This document shows, piece after piece, positions 36,376 through 50,544 of a DNA stretch of 64,000 nt. Position 1 is the first letter of the stretch. Each line of letters begins with the position of its first letter. The stretch is from Lingula anatina (lineage: Eukaryota; Animalia; Brachiopoda), in NCBI GenBank assembly GCA_051362555.1, contig CM120641.1, positions 3,410,001 through 3,474,000 of the forward strand, given 5' to 3'. Both the position numbers and the translations under genes were made by a program. The notes under the pieces are model-generated. The model was not told the DNA's origin, did no database searches, and saw nothing but the letters and a program-made list of their open reading frames with translations.

Positions 36376-39300
36376 AAATTTTGATTTAACCAATGATAAT
36401 TATCTATTAGGTTGTACAGGGACAGATTGAGGGACTTCCAGAAGATGGTGGTCAGATTTTCAAGTTTACATTGATGGGTATGTAATGTTCTCTGTCGGAA
36501 GACGGTCAAAAAATGGGGGATGGATCAACAAAGATAATTTGGAAGACTGTCAGAAATTATATCTGGAGCAGCCCCTGTTGTAAGTATAATCATCCCAGCA
36601 CATCAATGGATTCAGATAAAAGAGTGTCAAAATACTATTCATTACCCCATCAAACTGCACAAGGAATTCAGTCTTTATTCTCCTGCTGTAATCTTGCTCA
36701 CCCTCTTTCCTCTCACACAGCATGGAATCTATCTCATCTGCAGCACCCCAAGCAAAAAAAAAAAAGCTGATAATTTATAGATAAAAGATATTGCAACAGT
36801 TAGAAGAAAAGTTCCATTTTAGCCTGTCAAAGTAAACAAGTTCTTTTTAATTTCCCAATATTGTCCTTTTCTCATCCTAGGCTTGCACCTTTTTCATCTT
36901 AATACAACTGATCTCAGCGTCTGATTTTTATCTACTACAACTATCTTAAAGAAGATCAATAAGATTCTCATTCTTAACTCATTCTTCTCCAGTGGTCAAT
37001 TTTAACTTGGACCCAGCATATGTGTTTTATGAGCCTAAGATTTTGAATTACTCACAAATCTAAAATCAATTACTGTTTAACAACCACCAGTCAACTGATT
37101 TAAAGAAAAAAATCTTTTTAAAAATATAAGTTATTTTCCCATTTTAAAAATAATCACTTTTTTCTTTTACTTTCCAGCACAAAATTTAAATAATCCTTTC
37201 ATTTATGTTTTACCTATGAACACTATGGAAGGCTGCAGCTCCCTGGCAAGTGCAAATAATGCCCGCACAAGTTTTTCACTTTCTCCAACCTAAAAAACAG
37301 GAAACCATTGTCAAGTCATCTCATTCACAATAGATGTGTAGTGAAATGAATGCTGGTGAGAAAAGGGAGAATCAACTTGTGGAAAAACAACAAAGAGAAG
37401 GATCTTATCTAGATAGCATTTTCAGTACCACTTGGTGTGAAACACCAGTAAAGCTTCTCATATCAGTTAGAGTATACAGATAATCATTTCCAAGGTGACT
37501 AGGAATAATAATAATAATAATAATACTGTTCATTAATTATTTTGTATACAGCTTTTGATATAAAGAGAAACTAATTACACAACTTTTAAGTCAGATACAA
37601 ACACATATTTATGTCAAAAATTGATCCTCAGATCCACAAAACCGTATTTTTTTTTTTTTTTTTTTGCTTTTACAAAACAAATACTCACATATTTTGATGT
37701 AAGGCTTGAAGAGCTTATGCTAAAAAATGTGGAATGGGATTCGTTAGCTACAGCCTTTGCCTAAAAGAAGAAATATATTTCATCATTAAATAATGAAAAT
37801 TATAACACATGCAAACTAATTCACCAGAAATGTTGTATCTTACACTATTCCCTAAGGCATTTGTATTTCCATCTACACTGTACTTTTTATCAATAATGAA
37901 AAACTTCATTTTAGTACATTCTCATTAGTAAAAAAAACTTGATTTATATTTAAAAAATTCAATTGGTTAATTTCATCCAGTTATTTGTCTAAAAGAAACT
38001 TTATCCTTGGACGGGTAAAAAAAACATTTGTAGGAAAACACATAATCATATATACCACCCTATAAAAATTAACCAATACTTCAGTCTTTATTTTTATGAT
38101 TCTGTTGCATAGCACTTTCACAACGGATCTGTACGGAAAAATTTTTTCCATAACCTCAGACCCAAATCTTGCTACTCACCAGCATTGTTTTTCCATTACC
38201 AGGAGGACCAAACAATAACAACCCTCTGGCTGGCGCTCGCAGGCCTGTGAACAGCTAAGGATTCAACAGAAAAGGAATTTATTGGTTCATATCTTGTATT
38301 ATTGTATTGTTCTCTTCAAGATGCAAATTATACTTGGTGGGCATAGTCATTGCAAAAAGTTCCAAAGAGAGAAAAATAAATGAATGAATACACACAAAGA
38401 TTGGATTCAATGTTTTATAGGAAAACATTACAAAAACAGTGCACTTGTGCATGCCTGAGGTATATTTTTGTTACCATAATTTTCTGAAACTAAACTTTGC
38501 ATTGGCTCTTGCTTAAAGGAATTTTAACTTTAAGAACTATGAACAATTTTTATTTTGATATGAAAAATGGTGATATACCTCTGGTCGAAGAGAAGGCAAA
38601 ATCACTATTTCTTGCAGGGCTTGCTTGGAAACGGACTGCCCAGCTGGAAAAGGAAAAGCCAGCAGGTTAGCAACATAAGTGTGCTTATCTGTCAAAATAC
38701 AGACTATATGAACTGGAAAATGTTCTTCTGGTGTAAAAATCCTGGTGTGAGGGAATTTTTCATCTGCTGGAGCCATGTTGATATGCAATAACACCAGGCT
38801 CAACATGCAAGCTAAACAATCACCAATACTCACTTGTGGGACGTAGAAAACTAAGGAAAACAGTCAAATATCCCCTGGGGAAGGAAGTTTTCAAACTTGA
38901 AATTTTTTCCTAAATATACCAAGATCACTCACTGCACATAAATAAGCAAACCTGTGCACTAAATGCACATTTGATGTTTATCAATTTGATATATATAAAT
39001 ACCACATACCTATGTCAGAAAATGAAACAGCTGGTCCCTGGTCAACTATTTCATCTAATAAACTTTGTGCTAGACGCTTGTCCACATTTTTGAAGTTTTC
39101 AGAATTAAAATTTACATTCTTATTCTGCTGAGATCTTCTTTGCTGGATATTCTAGAAAATAATCATCCTCAACATTTAAACTTTCACAAAATGCCTTGTG
39201 ATATGTCTCAACATAGAGTAATTAAATATATTAAATATTTTCAGTGAATGTTTTACTGTGACATTTACAAGGACTATATTTTGATGGTGTAAACCCAAAA

Positions 39301-42300
39301 TTTTGTAATTAAAATTCAAAACATGAAATTTTGTCCTGCTCTAAATATAAAGATACAGAAGAGCCAGAATCAAGAAGAAGAGAGGTATCCCTACCAGACT
39401 CCCCTTTCTTCTGTTCCTGGTGCCTGCACCTGGTCTCGGGGAAGTGGAGGGACTGACATTGCGCTGACCCACTCGGGGCAAAGAATTGCTTTTAGCGTGG
39501 CCTTTTGTAGGGATTCTTCTGGATGGAGCAGTTTTCTTTTCAGCAACTGCAAAAAAGAAAACAAAGAGAATGCCATAACATTATAAGAAACCGAGTACAA
39601 ATTATCTGATTTGTAATTTCACATGGTTTTTACAATAGGTTGTAATAAAAGTGCTTCTCTGTGCAACTTTTCAAGAGACTACAATCCCACAATCAATCAA
39701 CTAACACATTAAATTACAACACACATCACTGATCATGACAGATATTGTGGGATAACATATTCATGCAGATGCAATTTATGAAGAAAGACATTCCATTGGA
39801 AGTTAGTACAAGAACATTTATGTTACAACAACGAGAGGAGGTAAAAACACACAATCACTTTATTGTCAATTTGTCATAGAAGAAAGGAGATCATCAGATG
39901 GCACCACAGAGAAGAAGAAACAGGAAAAAATCGTGTTACAACAAATTGCCTCTTAGCAGATAGACACCTGATACTATTACAATAATGCAACTTTTCTATG
40001 GCTCTTTTTTTTTTTTGCTTATTGAAGTAGAAACAAAATGTAATTTTTGGTTTTGCTTGGTCAAAAACGGGTATGTTGCTGAAAAATATGGAAGGCTTGG
40101 AATCGAAAAAAAAAAAAAAAGTGCAAGGACAAATGGCAAAATGCAGTATTTAAGGAATGTGTGCTGGAAGAGCCTTCTAATTCAGTAGTGGTATCAAACA
40201 CATTGAGTAGTGAAGGTACAAACAGGACTCCACTTCCAAAATAAACTACCATGCTTTTCTGTTTCTTCTCCTTCCGTTGATAGTTTTATTATAGGGGGCA
40301 GCATCTGACCTGAGCAGGGACTGGCAGTGGTGGGTACGGGTTTACCACCTGAGGCTCCTGGAGTGGGGGTATTTAAAACACCCGCACCCCTCTCCCCTGG
40401 GGGTCCTGCCCCTGGGGATGGCATATAGTCATCTGTCCTCAAGGCCTTTTCTACAAGCGGAAAAAAGTACAACTCAACCCAAATGCAAATAATAAACAAA
40501 GAATAGAATGGTGGATTCTAAGAAGTATCATAAATAAGTCTTAATCTATGTAATTTTAAGTTAGCAAGGCTTAAGATAATTTGTTCTTTTTTAATTCAAT
40601 AAAATCTGATATCATCATTATTTTCATCTTTATCATTATTTTTATAAGATTTCCTCAGAAACCACCATGTTTACATTGAGATTAACAATAAGAAAGCAAG
40701 GGTTGACAATGAACAGCACAAATACTACTATAATTTCAAGCAAATGATATTGTTTGCATGCAGTTTACCCCAGTGTAATCAATAACTAAATACAATTTTT
40801 TTTTGTCCCACCCCCTACCCCCTCCACTCAACTGTTCATCCTTCATTAGTACTGACTTTCTAGTCTTGAGAGGCTTGCATACACTTCAATCATTTCATAG
40901 AAAAAAATCTAATCTTCATTATCTAATCCCAGGAAAATATACCCCGGTATATCCAGAAAAACATCACACAAAAGACGTCTGCTGCTCATCTAAGACACAT
41001 GACCTTCAGCAAAATAAAGCTGCTCCTACTGTGTTTAGATAGCAAGACATGTTAGGGTATGATAGTAGCTCTAATGCTAAACCAGTGAAGTGAACTATTG
41101 TACTGCCTGCTTCCTCGGTAACAGGGGAAATTGGTTCTTAATTGATGGTGCCTTCAACAGCTTTGTTCATTGTCTAGCCACAGGTATTTTCCCATTAGAA
41201 ATCATTGATCTGCCTTCAGTGTGCATTTGTAGATTGTCTTTCTTTTCCTAAAACCATCTTCCTGTAACCACTGATTCACTATTAGAGTGTATTTCTAAAT
41301 TGTCTTTCTCATTGATCACATATCACCATGGGTGTATTTCTCACAGAATATCAGTTGTGAGCGCTTAACTTTTCTACGTTGACTCTTCCAAGCTGATCTA
41401 CACTGCCTTAGTCTTTTTATAAATACAAACATTCTATGTAGAGTCAAAATTCTATGGATGCATTTCTTTTGGGAATTAATTTGGATTCATCTTTGCACAT
41501 GGTTTTACACAATTTCTGTAAAAGCTCCAATAGATCCAAATCACTTGTCTACAATTTATAGAAAACATACAACATTGATGATACAACGTAGAGCACATGC
41601 ATGACATTGACGATACATAGAAAACATGTACAACATTGATGATACAACATGTAAAACAGTAAAACTGGTACCTAAAACATCCAGTCTGTCCTGCGCCATC
41701 ACCAGGTTGGTCAACATCTTGCTCTGGAGATTTCTGGCCCTGTCCCATGCCTCCCCTGCAATATCAATACCCGTATTTTAAATAAACTGTATCTACAAAA
41801 ACTAAGAATGTTTTTGTTTTGTTTTTCTTCTTTTTAATCATCTTTTTTTTATTTTCTTGAAGTTATGATAATAATAATATTTATTTGCAACCAAAAGTTT
41901 GATGGTGCATTTAAAATACTAAGAATGGTAATTGTAATAAAAACACAAATTGAATATTAAAACATTTTCTAAAATACATTTTCAAGAACTGCATTAGAAT
42001 TAAATTTTTGGGATGTATTTGGTAAAATTATGAAATTAATTTAAAGTAAACAATGCCACGTTTCCTATATTGCTCTTAACAGGACATTTCTTTGATGCTT
42101 AAGGAATATCCACTAAATTACATAAGGAACCATGTTTACAAACTGTTGTAAATGTACTACAATTCAAGTGATAAAATGCAATGTTTCATTATTTCCAATT
42201 CATTGGATATTGATTAAAAATATTAATAGTACACAAAGAGTTAGATTGACAACAGAAGGGAAATCAAAGCTATAAATATTAAACAGCTAGAAGTGCAGAG

Positions 42301-45300
42301 TTCAGAAACCTCTAAAGATTATTATCCTTTGTCTCAATCAAACAAAGATGAATGTGAGATATCCTTTCATAAATATGTATGCTATTAGTCATCAATTTAC
42401 TCAATTTATATAAATTCATTGCCCTGTTGGGTGTATTTAGTAGACAGGTGGAGTACAGTTCATTGTTTCTCATGGAGCGCATTTAGAACAAGATGATCTG
42501 CAGACTAACAGACCTGCAGACAAAATATGGCCTACCGGGCTACCCCACTTTAAAGCAATACCAACTTATCCCCTGATGGTTTCCCAGCCTCCGCACGCAC
42601 TGTCCCAGCAGTGACCTAGCAATTAAAACTCGGATGGGAGATAAAATCCATTTAATGGCCCATGTAGAGTTGGGAAGAACATCAGGGAATTAGGCAGCTT
42701 GCTTTTAAGTGAGGTCGGCCATATTTAGTCCACAGATCTGTTAGTTCACAGATCAACTTGCGCTCATAGAGGCCATTCAGAATAGGAGTTCCAAGTATCA
42801 ACTGGTCCAAGTCCCAAATATGGTGGACCCTACATGAAAGGAAGATTGCTTAATACTGTAATGGTCTCAGTCTCACCACCTCTGACATGCCTCCCCATGT
42901 GCCGTCCCTGCACGGGCACAGTAATTAAATCTCAGCTCCATTCTGCTAGCTGTGTGTGGAGGCATGTGAGAGGCAGAGAAACCATTACAGGATTAAGCGG
43001 TCTTCTTTTCATGTAGGGTCCACCATATTTGAGCCTTGGACCAGTTAATACTCAAAGACCGCATTCTCAACGAATTGAGCCAGGCTTTACAAATCCTGAG
43101 ACTAAAAATGGCGGACGTACATGAAAGAAAAACCGCCTAATCTTTTAATAGTCTCTCTGCCTCTCATACGCCTCACCACACGCCGTCCCTGCGGTCAAAT
43201 ATTCTTTTCTGAATGGCCCCATGGTCAGCTTCATTATTTCATCAATGAAATCCCCTAACTAGAGCCTTATTCCCTGTGCCTATGGTGCAGAGATGATTGA
43301 ATTGATATTGATCGATTGTTTAATAAAAGTATTACCATGCTCTTGGGAAGAGATTTATGGTGGCACGAGACATGTTATTGGCAACTATGTTTGAACCATC
43401 AGGACCATTTGGGTGTTTATAAACTGATGTGGAAATCAGAAGATTGCTGGGATTACAGGGATCTTTTCAATTATAGTCTGCTTCACACCAGCAATGGTAC
43501 TCACATTCAAATTCAGGAGTAAATATGCAAGAATACATACCTTGAGATGTAATGTGACAGTGTATGCTTTATTCAATTTTAGGGTTTTTTTTATGAATGC
43601 AAGTTCTTTCTCTCGGTATGAATGTAAAATAATATGTTGTTACCCTCTTGCGATATAAATACAAACACCTAATTTTCTACAATATATTTGTCACCATTAT
43701 TCACAAAGTAATTAATCTTAACAAACTGGATCCAATTTGCTTGTATATAATCATATCATTTGTGGAGAAAGTCATAAATATGGTTGTCAGCCAAATCTTG
43801 GCAGATTCTGGTAGTTGTCTATCTGACTTAAGACACCTAAAGATTTTAGTCTTTTTATAAAAGAGGGGAAAGACTGACTGTGTAAATAACATAAAAATTG
43901 ATAATCAGAGTAATACATTAAATGCAGTGCTTTTATGTCAGTGCACAGCATCTTACCTTGTCCTTTCAACTGTACAGCTATTCCTTTCTCAAGTTCTGTA
44001 ATACCTTTCCTGTAAAGGTCCACTGCTTGCTCTTTTCTAGCTAGAATCAGAACAATCATTTAGTGTTAAAAATTAGAATTTAAATATTACAAATACTAGT
44101 TCTAGAGAAATAATAAGGATATCTTTAAGAAGGTTTAAGTAACTGTCTAAAAGCTAGATTGCACCATAAATGCTTGCAATAACATTTTTGGTTAACCTCC
44201 CCCTCCTTCACATCTAATTAAATTGTATGTTGAACATGCATAATGCTAGCTATTCACTATAAGTATCCAATTCACATAACATATAACATAACAAAACAAA
44301 TTTCAAAATTTTTATTTCGTTGAGATTACACTACATATTCAGAACAGATGAACCGCGGACCAACTGATCCACGGACTAAATATGGCTGACCCTGTTAAAA
44401 GCAAGCCACTCAATTCCTTGATGGTCTCCCCGCCTCAACTTGACTCCACGGTTTTAATGTTAGGCCCCTGCATTGATGGCGTGTAATGAATCTTTTCAAG
44501 TTCATGACCAGAATTTGAAGACACTGCAGTTTTCAAAAGTAAAATTTGGCTGACAGAGTGATTAATTATTTTAATTTACGTTATTTATTACATTATGTTA
44601 TTTTTTATGTAGATTTTATTTGAGTGTTGCAATAAGATGGTAGTAGTAATTAGTGTGCAATACAGGGAATGTACACAGCTGTGCTTCCACTTGTAATATA
44701 TCCTTTAAAAACATATCACAACATTGTTAATAATATCCGGAGCTAATTCTGGCAAACTGTTTGGGTCAAAACAAAAATTAATTGGCAAAATATTTTTAAT
44801 CACATTTTGTAAGCTTAGACATCTCTTACTTTCAGTAAGGTACTTAGTGAACACACAGGAGGTAAATCACACATGGCACATAAATAACTGAATCTAGTAG
44901 GAAACTAAACTCATCAAATGCCAGCTTTTATCCTTATCACAAGAACTGGTTGTAAGTGGAAATCAATATATATTTACTGGCTCAGATATGGAAATACTGC
45001 TACCCAGTAGGGCTAGTCATAACTATACAGATATACGTAGTTGGCTCAAACAACCACCTGAGATAATCATGAGAGAGATGAAATCAAGACTTTTTTGCTT
45101 TATCATTTAAATGCAAACTTTCACAACAGCTACATTTTGTACTTGTATACAATTTTTTTAATGAAATTGTTTTTTTATTTTATTTTTAGATCTTATCAAA
45201 AAGGTGTTGCACAAAAGATTTTATGTTTCTGATTGGTCACCTATAGTAAGCAAATTTTTCAAAGCCAAAGACAACGTAATTATCCATGTCATCAAACTGG

Positions 45301-48015
45301 CTTTAAACAGCTATGTAACCTTGGTTTAAGTTTAAACATATTCTTTTTGTGTAACATGTTTATAGTATGTTTATGGTAAATTTAAAATCACACCAAGGTT
45401 TATCGCATTGCTTAGATAGAATATTTTATGAGTAATTTTACTGATACGTATGTCCATTATATAAAGATGGTAATGCACTAACTGTATTGTATCGTCATTA
45501 GTATATCATATTGTACAAGGTCATGACAGTCTATGTACCAGTACAGAAATAAATTGAATTGAATTGAATTAAAACTTATTCACTTGTTGTCAAACTATAA
45601 ACTACAACTGAAAAACAATGCTTCCTACTTCAACTCAGTTTTTATAATGGCAGATTAGGCCTACTTCCTAAGGGCATTTAATTTTGCTTTAACACCAATG
45701 GTAATAGGGTTTAGAAAGACATGTTAAGTTGTCCTTTTTTAAAAACATTAACATTAATTATTCATTTATTTTTTGTGAATCAAAAAAGTCATTAATCATG
45801 AAATAAGCAAGTCATGAAAACAATGCCTAACCATCAAACTTTATATACAGGTCTATGTAAGGAACTCAAACCAAGAAACCTTGTCATACATCAATATTTT
45901 ACTGCAAATGCAAGCTTTAGAGCAAATACGTCATAGTGACTTAGACGACACAGGTTATGAATCATCATTTCCACACTGCTTTCATATCAACTGTTTACAA
46001 GTATAGAGCTATGTGCATCAGTGTACGTGTACATGTGTGTGAGTGTGTGTGCATATTTGTTTTGATCATTTAGAGAAATGCAACACATACACATAGCTGG
46101 TATGCAAATTACTCTCCAGAAGTTAAAAAAATGTGTAAAAACACATTGTCCTTACTGAAAATTCATTTACAAGATAAAAAGGCCTTAACTAAAATTGGGC
46201 ATATCACATATTTTCCCACTAACAGGGGTGATGGGCCTAAGTAAGTAAGTACTTGATCAGGTTTTGAAGGTGGTCCAAGATTGATCTTAACAGAAAGAAC
46301 ATCCTTTATTTGATGAGTGGGCCTCACAATGTACATACCAGAACCAACACATGCATTAGCAAAGTGCAGTTAGTAGGTAAATGCTTTAATCCTGATAACT
46401 CAAGCTTAAGTATATATCACTATTTATAACATAACTTATATGTTTATTTAGTATTTATTTTTATTTTATCATTTTAACATTTTTTTTTTTTTTTGTGTAA
46501 AATTCTATAATTGCTATTAGTATATTTGTTATTATTATTGTTGCCTATTTTGCATCGCAACCCTCACCATCATTTATGGTGACATCACTGACACGACATT
46601 ATTAAATCCTGTCAGAAGTAGAATCCCACAAAAGAGAAAGTAAAAGTTTTTTTTTTTTTTTTTTTTTTGGCCAGCAAATTATATGGCAGCATATGCAGCA
46701 GGGCAATTTTCTGCTGTTAATCCAATTATCAACACAAACACCACACACAGTCACTTCATAAGTACAGACAGACTGGATTTTTTCTTTAATATCTTTGTTA
46801 ATTTTGAAATTTGAAACTAATATGAAATTAGCAGAAAAAAATCCAGGTTCTTAGATATTATAAGCTTGCTGTATACCATATCCTATTGTAAGTATTCTAA
46901 CAGTTTCTCGTGACACTGCCCTCACGTTAAACTGAACAAGTGACTGTGAGAGAAATCAATACTTGTGTATGCTTCAGGATATCTTTTGTATGCTCAAACA
47001 TACGGTCAATGGTTTCACATGGAAATTGTATTTCATATCTCATTAACATCAATTAGCCATTTGCTTCATCAGATCCATTGTAATTGAACAAACTGCATAT
47101 ATTTACCTTGTGCTACAACTAAAGATGGCAAAATTATCTACATTTCTATTAAGGATGGCTTTTACATTAAAAGTGTAAAAGGTAAAGTCACCAAAAACGG
47201 AAAATAACTATTTTACTTAGAAATGTTAAAAACTGAAAAATATAATTCTAATTATTAAAATCAATAAATTGAGAAACAAAGCATCTCCCAACTCTTTTCT
47301 CAGTGGAGTACACAAGTTGTGTCATCTGTATAACAACTGAAAGCTTGTACTAGTACTTCATATCTCCTGCTGGATCACTAGCCCTCCCCTTGAACTTTTC
47401 TGGGAAATAAATCTTATCTCCTGCTGGTTTATTTAAAAAGATTCGGATTTATTCAAATGCAACCCCCTTCAACTCATCTTTTGTTCTCTAAACAGCAGAA
47501 CATTTGGTGAATTTGACATAGCACAGATTAAATGTGGAATCGTTAAAGTAATAACACATACCTCTAAAAGCTCTTTTTTGTGCCATGACTGTCCCTTCAA
47601 ACTGATATGTGGTCTCTTCCTCGTCAATTTTTAAGGCTTTGGAAATATATTCAAATGCCTTTCTGTGATGCTGTTTCTGTCTTGACAACACGGGTTCCGC
47701 TGGACCTGTCCCGGGATTTGATGGCGTTCCATTTGACATGGTGACCACTTCTTGGATATCCGAGGTAGCAGAGTCTTGTCGATTTAAATGGTTGTATTTT
47801 CTTGGAAGCAAACGAGAGGTCGTATTGCAAGCAAACACCAAGAGCAACCAAAGTTGGAAAGCAAGCGCTCGGATCAGATGAAACAGCAATACTACCGGAT
47901 ACGCTACCACTCGAATATTCCTTGTGTGGCAGGAATATGAAGTTCGTTCTGCAACTTTCGGTTTATTTTCTTGTTTTTTCCTGCCGAAAGGGCGCCCACT
48001 GCCTTTCCGATGCAT
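34848..48015 (-). CDS. SPAST: Spastin, microtubule-severing AAA ATPase
   Basis: Exon 1 (48015-47562) carries the hydrophobic hairpin and the MIT start [17 protein letters not shown]. Further MIT exons lie near 44040-43957 and 41755-41672, and the linker contains SNSLPR. AAA exons include Walker A GPPGNGKT (~38200), Walker [33 protein letters not shown] and C-terminal WNREYGD; stop at 34850-34848. Linker exons are less certain. Confidence 0.96.
36417..36577 (-). mobile_element. MITE family B, copy 2
   Basis: Reverse-complement homologue of 30216-30382 with TSD TTGTA (36412-36416, 36578-36582). Confidence 0.8.
41545..41660. repeat. Degenerate ~30-bp tandem repeat
   Basis: Recurring acaacattgatgatacaac / tagaaaacat units. 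Confidence 0.6.
42771..43218. mobile_element. MITE family C (ggccattcagaa...ttctgaatggcc) with internal inverted and direct modules
   Basis: 12-bp TIR. The module ctacatgaaaggaaga..cttaat.ctgtaatggtctc recurs in both orientations. Related fragments at ~32850-33010, 42480-42770 and 44335-44470. Confidence 0.65.
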
Positions 48016-48397
48016 CTCTTGCAGCCGCCATAACAAAAATGACGTAGAGGTCACATGACGTTACTATAAATAGCGAAGGAATTCTCCCTTTCATCGAACG
48101 ACAAATTTACTGTCTTAGACATTTCAAAATATTTTTTTTCTCATTATCTTAGTAGTTCTTTCATTTTTTCATATGGTTCTCCTTCAGTGTGAAGAGTTTT
48201 TTCTTTTATTTCTTCCTAACTGGTAAAGTCTGTATCTAAATTTCTCGAAAAGCCACACAATCCTTTGCTTTTCCGTGATGTCATACTTGGTGCGGGACAG
48301 TCCTCGCATGTGTTGCCGCCATGTTTTTGAACATCAGTAAAGGACTTCGTTAATGCCAGTGTTAAGTTTTGTACTCTTTATATTTTGGTTAGAAAAC

Positions 48398-50129
48398 ATG
48401 ATAGGTTGCGGTATAGTCGGTTGTTCCAATAGAAGTGGCAGAGATCTAAGTTATTTCAAAGTTATACTGGAACAGGGAGATGAAACAAAAAGAAAATCTG
48501 AAGAAAGGAGACGCAATGTGGAAGGCAGCTTAGAAAAGACATAGTACGTCGGAAGAAAAATGGGATAGAACGTTCGTTTGCTCAAAGCACTTTGTTGGAG
48601 GTATGCCACTTTTGAAAATTGTTAATTGCACTAGTGTTCTTGGCACGTTGTCAAAAAGCCATTATTTATACTTAAAAATCTTAATACTGAGGGGCGGGAC
48701 CTCTGACGGGCAGTCACATTTCCCTACTTTTCCTGTTTGTACCAGAAATTGCAAGTAACATATAAGTGAATTCAATTTCATAATTGTTATGATGTGTAAA
48801 GTTATTGTACACCAAACAGAATTGTTGCTCTTTTTTAATTGTCTGCATGGATTGTTCTCTAAAGAGTTAAGCTAAAGTTTACATCTCTCATACTCTATGC
48901 AGTCAGTGATGTTTTTTTATGACATGTTAAGTGCATTGAGTTTTTTTGTCTGTTACTACGTAATGTTTCTTTTTTGTTGTTATTTTAATATAGGAAAAAG
49001 TGCATACTAGTATCTGCAGGACAGCAACAATCTGTCCTGGATTCCAACACTTTCTTTAGGCCACACATCAACGACGACAACAGGGTCAACTAATGCAACT
49101 TAGATACCAGCAGTACAGTCAGCGAGGCAATAAAAGAAAAGTAATAGATGTAATCTCATCACTTTCAACTCTGTAAACTCCTTGTTTTCTTTCTGGGAAC
49201 ATGCCCTTAGAAGATGATATGACAAACTCAGACATTCCACAAGGAGCTGAGGAGACCATGGCCATATCTGAGGAATCAGATCCTAAAAACTGTGAGATAG
49301 TAACTCAAACATGTGACAAGGGGATTCAAACCGAGGGCATAGGGACCCAAACTGACTTAACATCTGGACATATTGAACAAATTGAAAATGACTATAATGC
49401 AAGGGTTGCAGATTCAACTGCTTTGAAAAAGTATACATTCTCAAGAGAGGGTCTTTACAGCTTTTTAGATATACCAGTAAATGTGTCAGTGTAAACTTTT
49501 CGAAAAAGTTTTCATCCTGTCCTTGATCTGCTGATTGATCTTCTTAGTGCACTGGGCATAAAGAGAAAGTCTGAGGGTATCAATGCTAATGTCATTCAGA
49601 AAAGAATTTGGTGAGAAAGTTGCAGTTATTAGGGATTGTTTGGAAGTATATATTGAAAACCCCCTTGAACCAAGTGTACACTTATTCCAACTATAAACAC
49701 TACCATTCAGTTAAATATCTCATTGGAATTGCTCCACTGAGAGTTGGGATGGACGAACATTAGGTAAACATTTCACTGAAGAATATGGGTTCTATAGAAT
49801 CTTTTGCCAGGTAATTTTGTATGGTGGATAGGGGGTTTACAATTGAAGAATCTATGGGTTTTTATCAAGCAGAATTAGCCATTCCTGCATTGATCAAGGG
49901 GAAATCGCAGTTGCGTCACATGGATTTAGAAGAACATGCAAAATTATGAATGTACATATATTCATGTTGAACGTGTCATTGGTCTAGTATGTTGCAAGTT
50001 TCAGATTTTAGTACTTCACCAACAGAATTTTTGAGACTCCAAAATGGGGAAAATTACCCAACTATAGATAAGATTGTATGTCTGTTGTTCTCTTACAAAT
50101 ATGTGCCCATTGATTATATCTTTTGATTA
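48398..50129 (+). pseudogene. THAP-domain DDE_Tnp_4-type transposase pseudogene
   Basis: MIGCGIVGCSNR...(frameshift)...FVCSKHFVG is a THAP zinc finger. Downstream fragments [50 protein letters not shown] and IHVERVIG are interrupted by stops and frameshifts. Confidence 0.85.
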
Positions 50130-50544
50130 AATGGAATAAGTGAATTGATTAATAATTTTTATTCTTCCGTTATTTGAATTGTATATTTAGCGCCCAAAGT
50201 ATATATATATTTTAGTCTTCAGTATATACGGTGAATTATATATGGTTAGCACCCAAAGTATACATATTTGTAGCACTGGTGTTATTTTCAGTAATAAAAT
50301 TGAATAGTTATTGACGTTACTTTCTCTATTGTTGCACTCAAGTGGTCTTTAAAGAAAAAACTCTATTAAAGAAAAAAGAAAAATGTATGTTACAATTTTA
50401 AAGGAATTTTCTTTATTGAGTGTCAATTATCACTAAAAAGACAAACTAATTTTTAAGCCTTTCATATAAAGAATTTATTTTTGGGAAAAATAAATCGTGG
50501 TACTTTCTCTGCATTTTATAATCACTTTCCAAAATTCCAATGGG

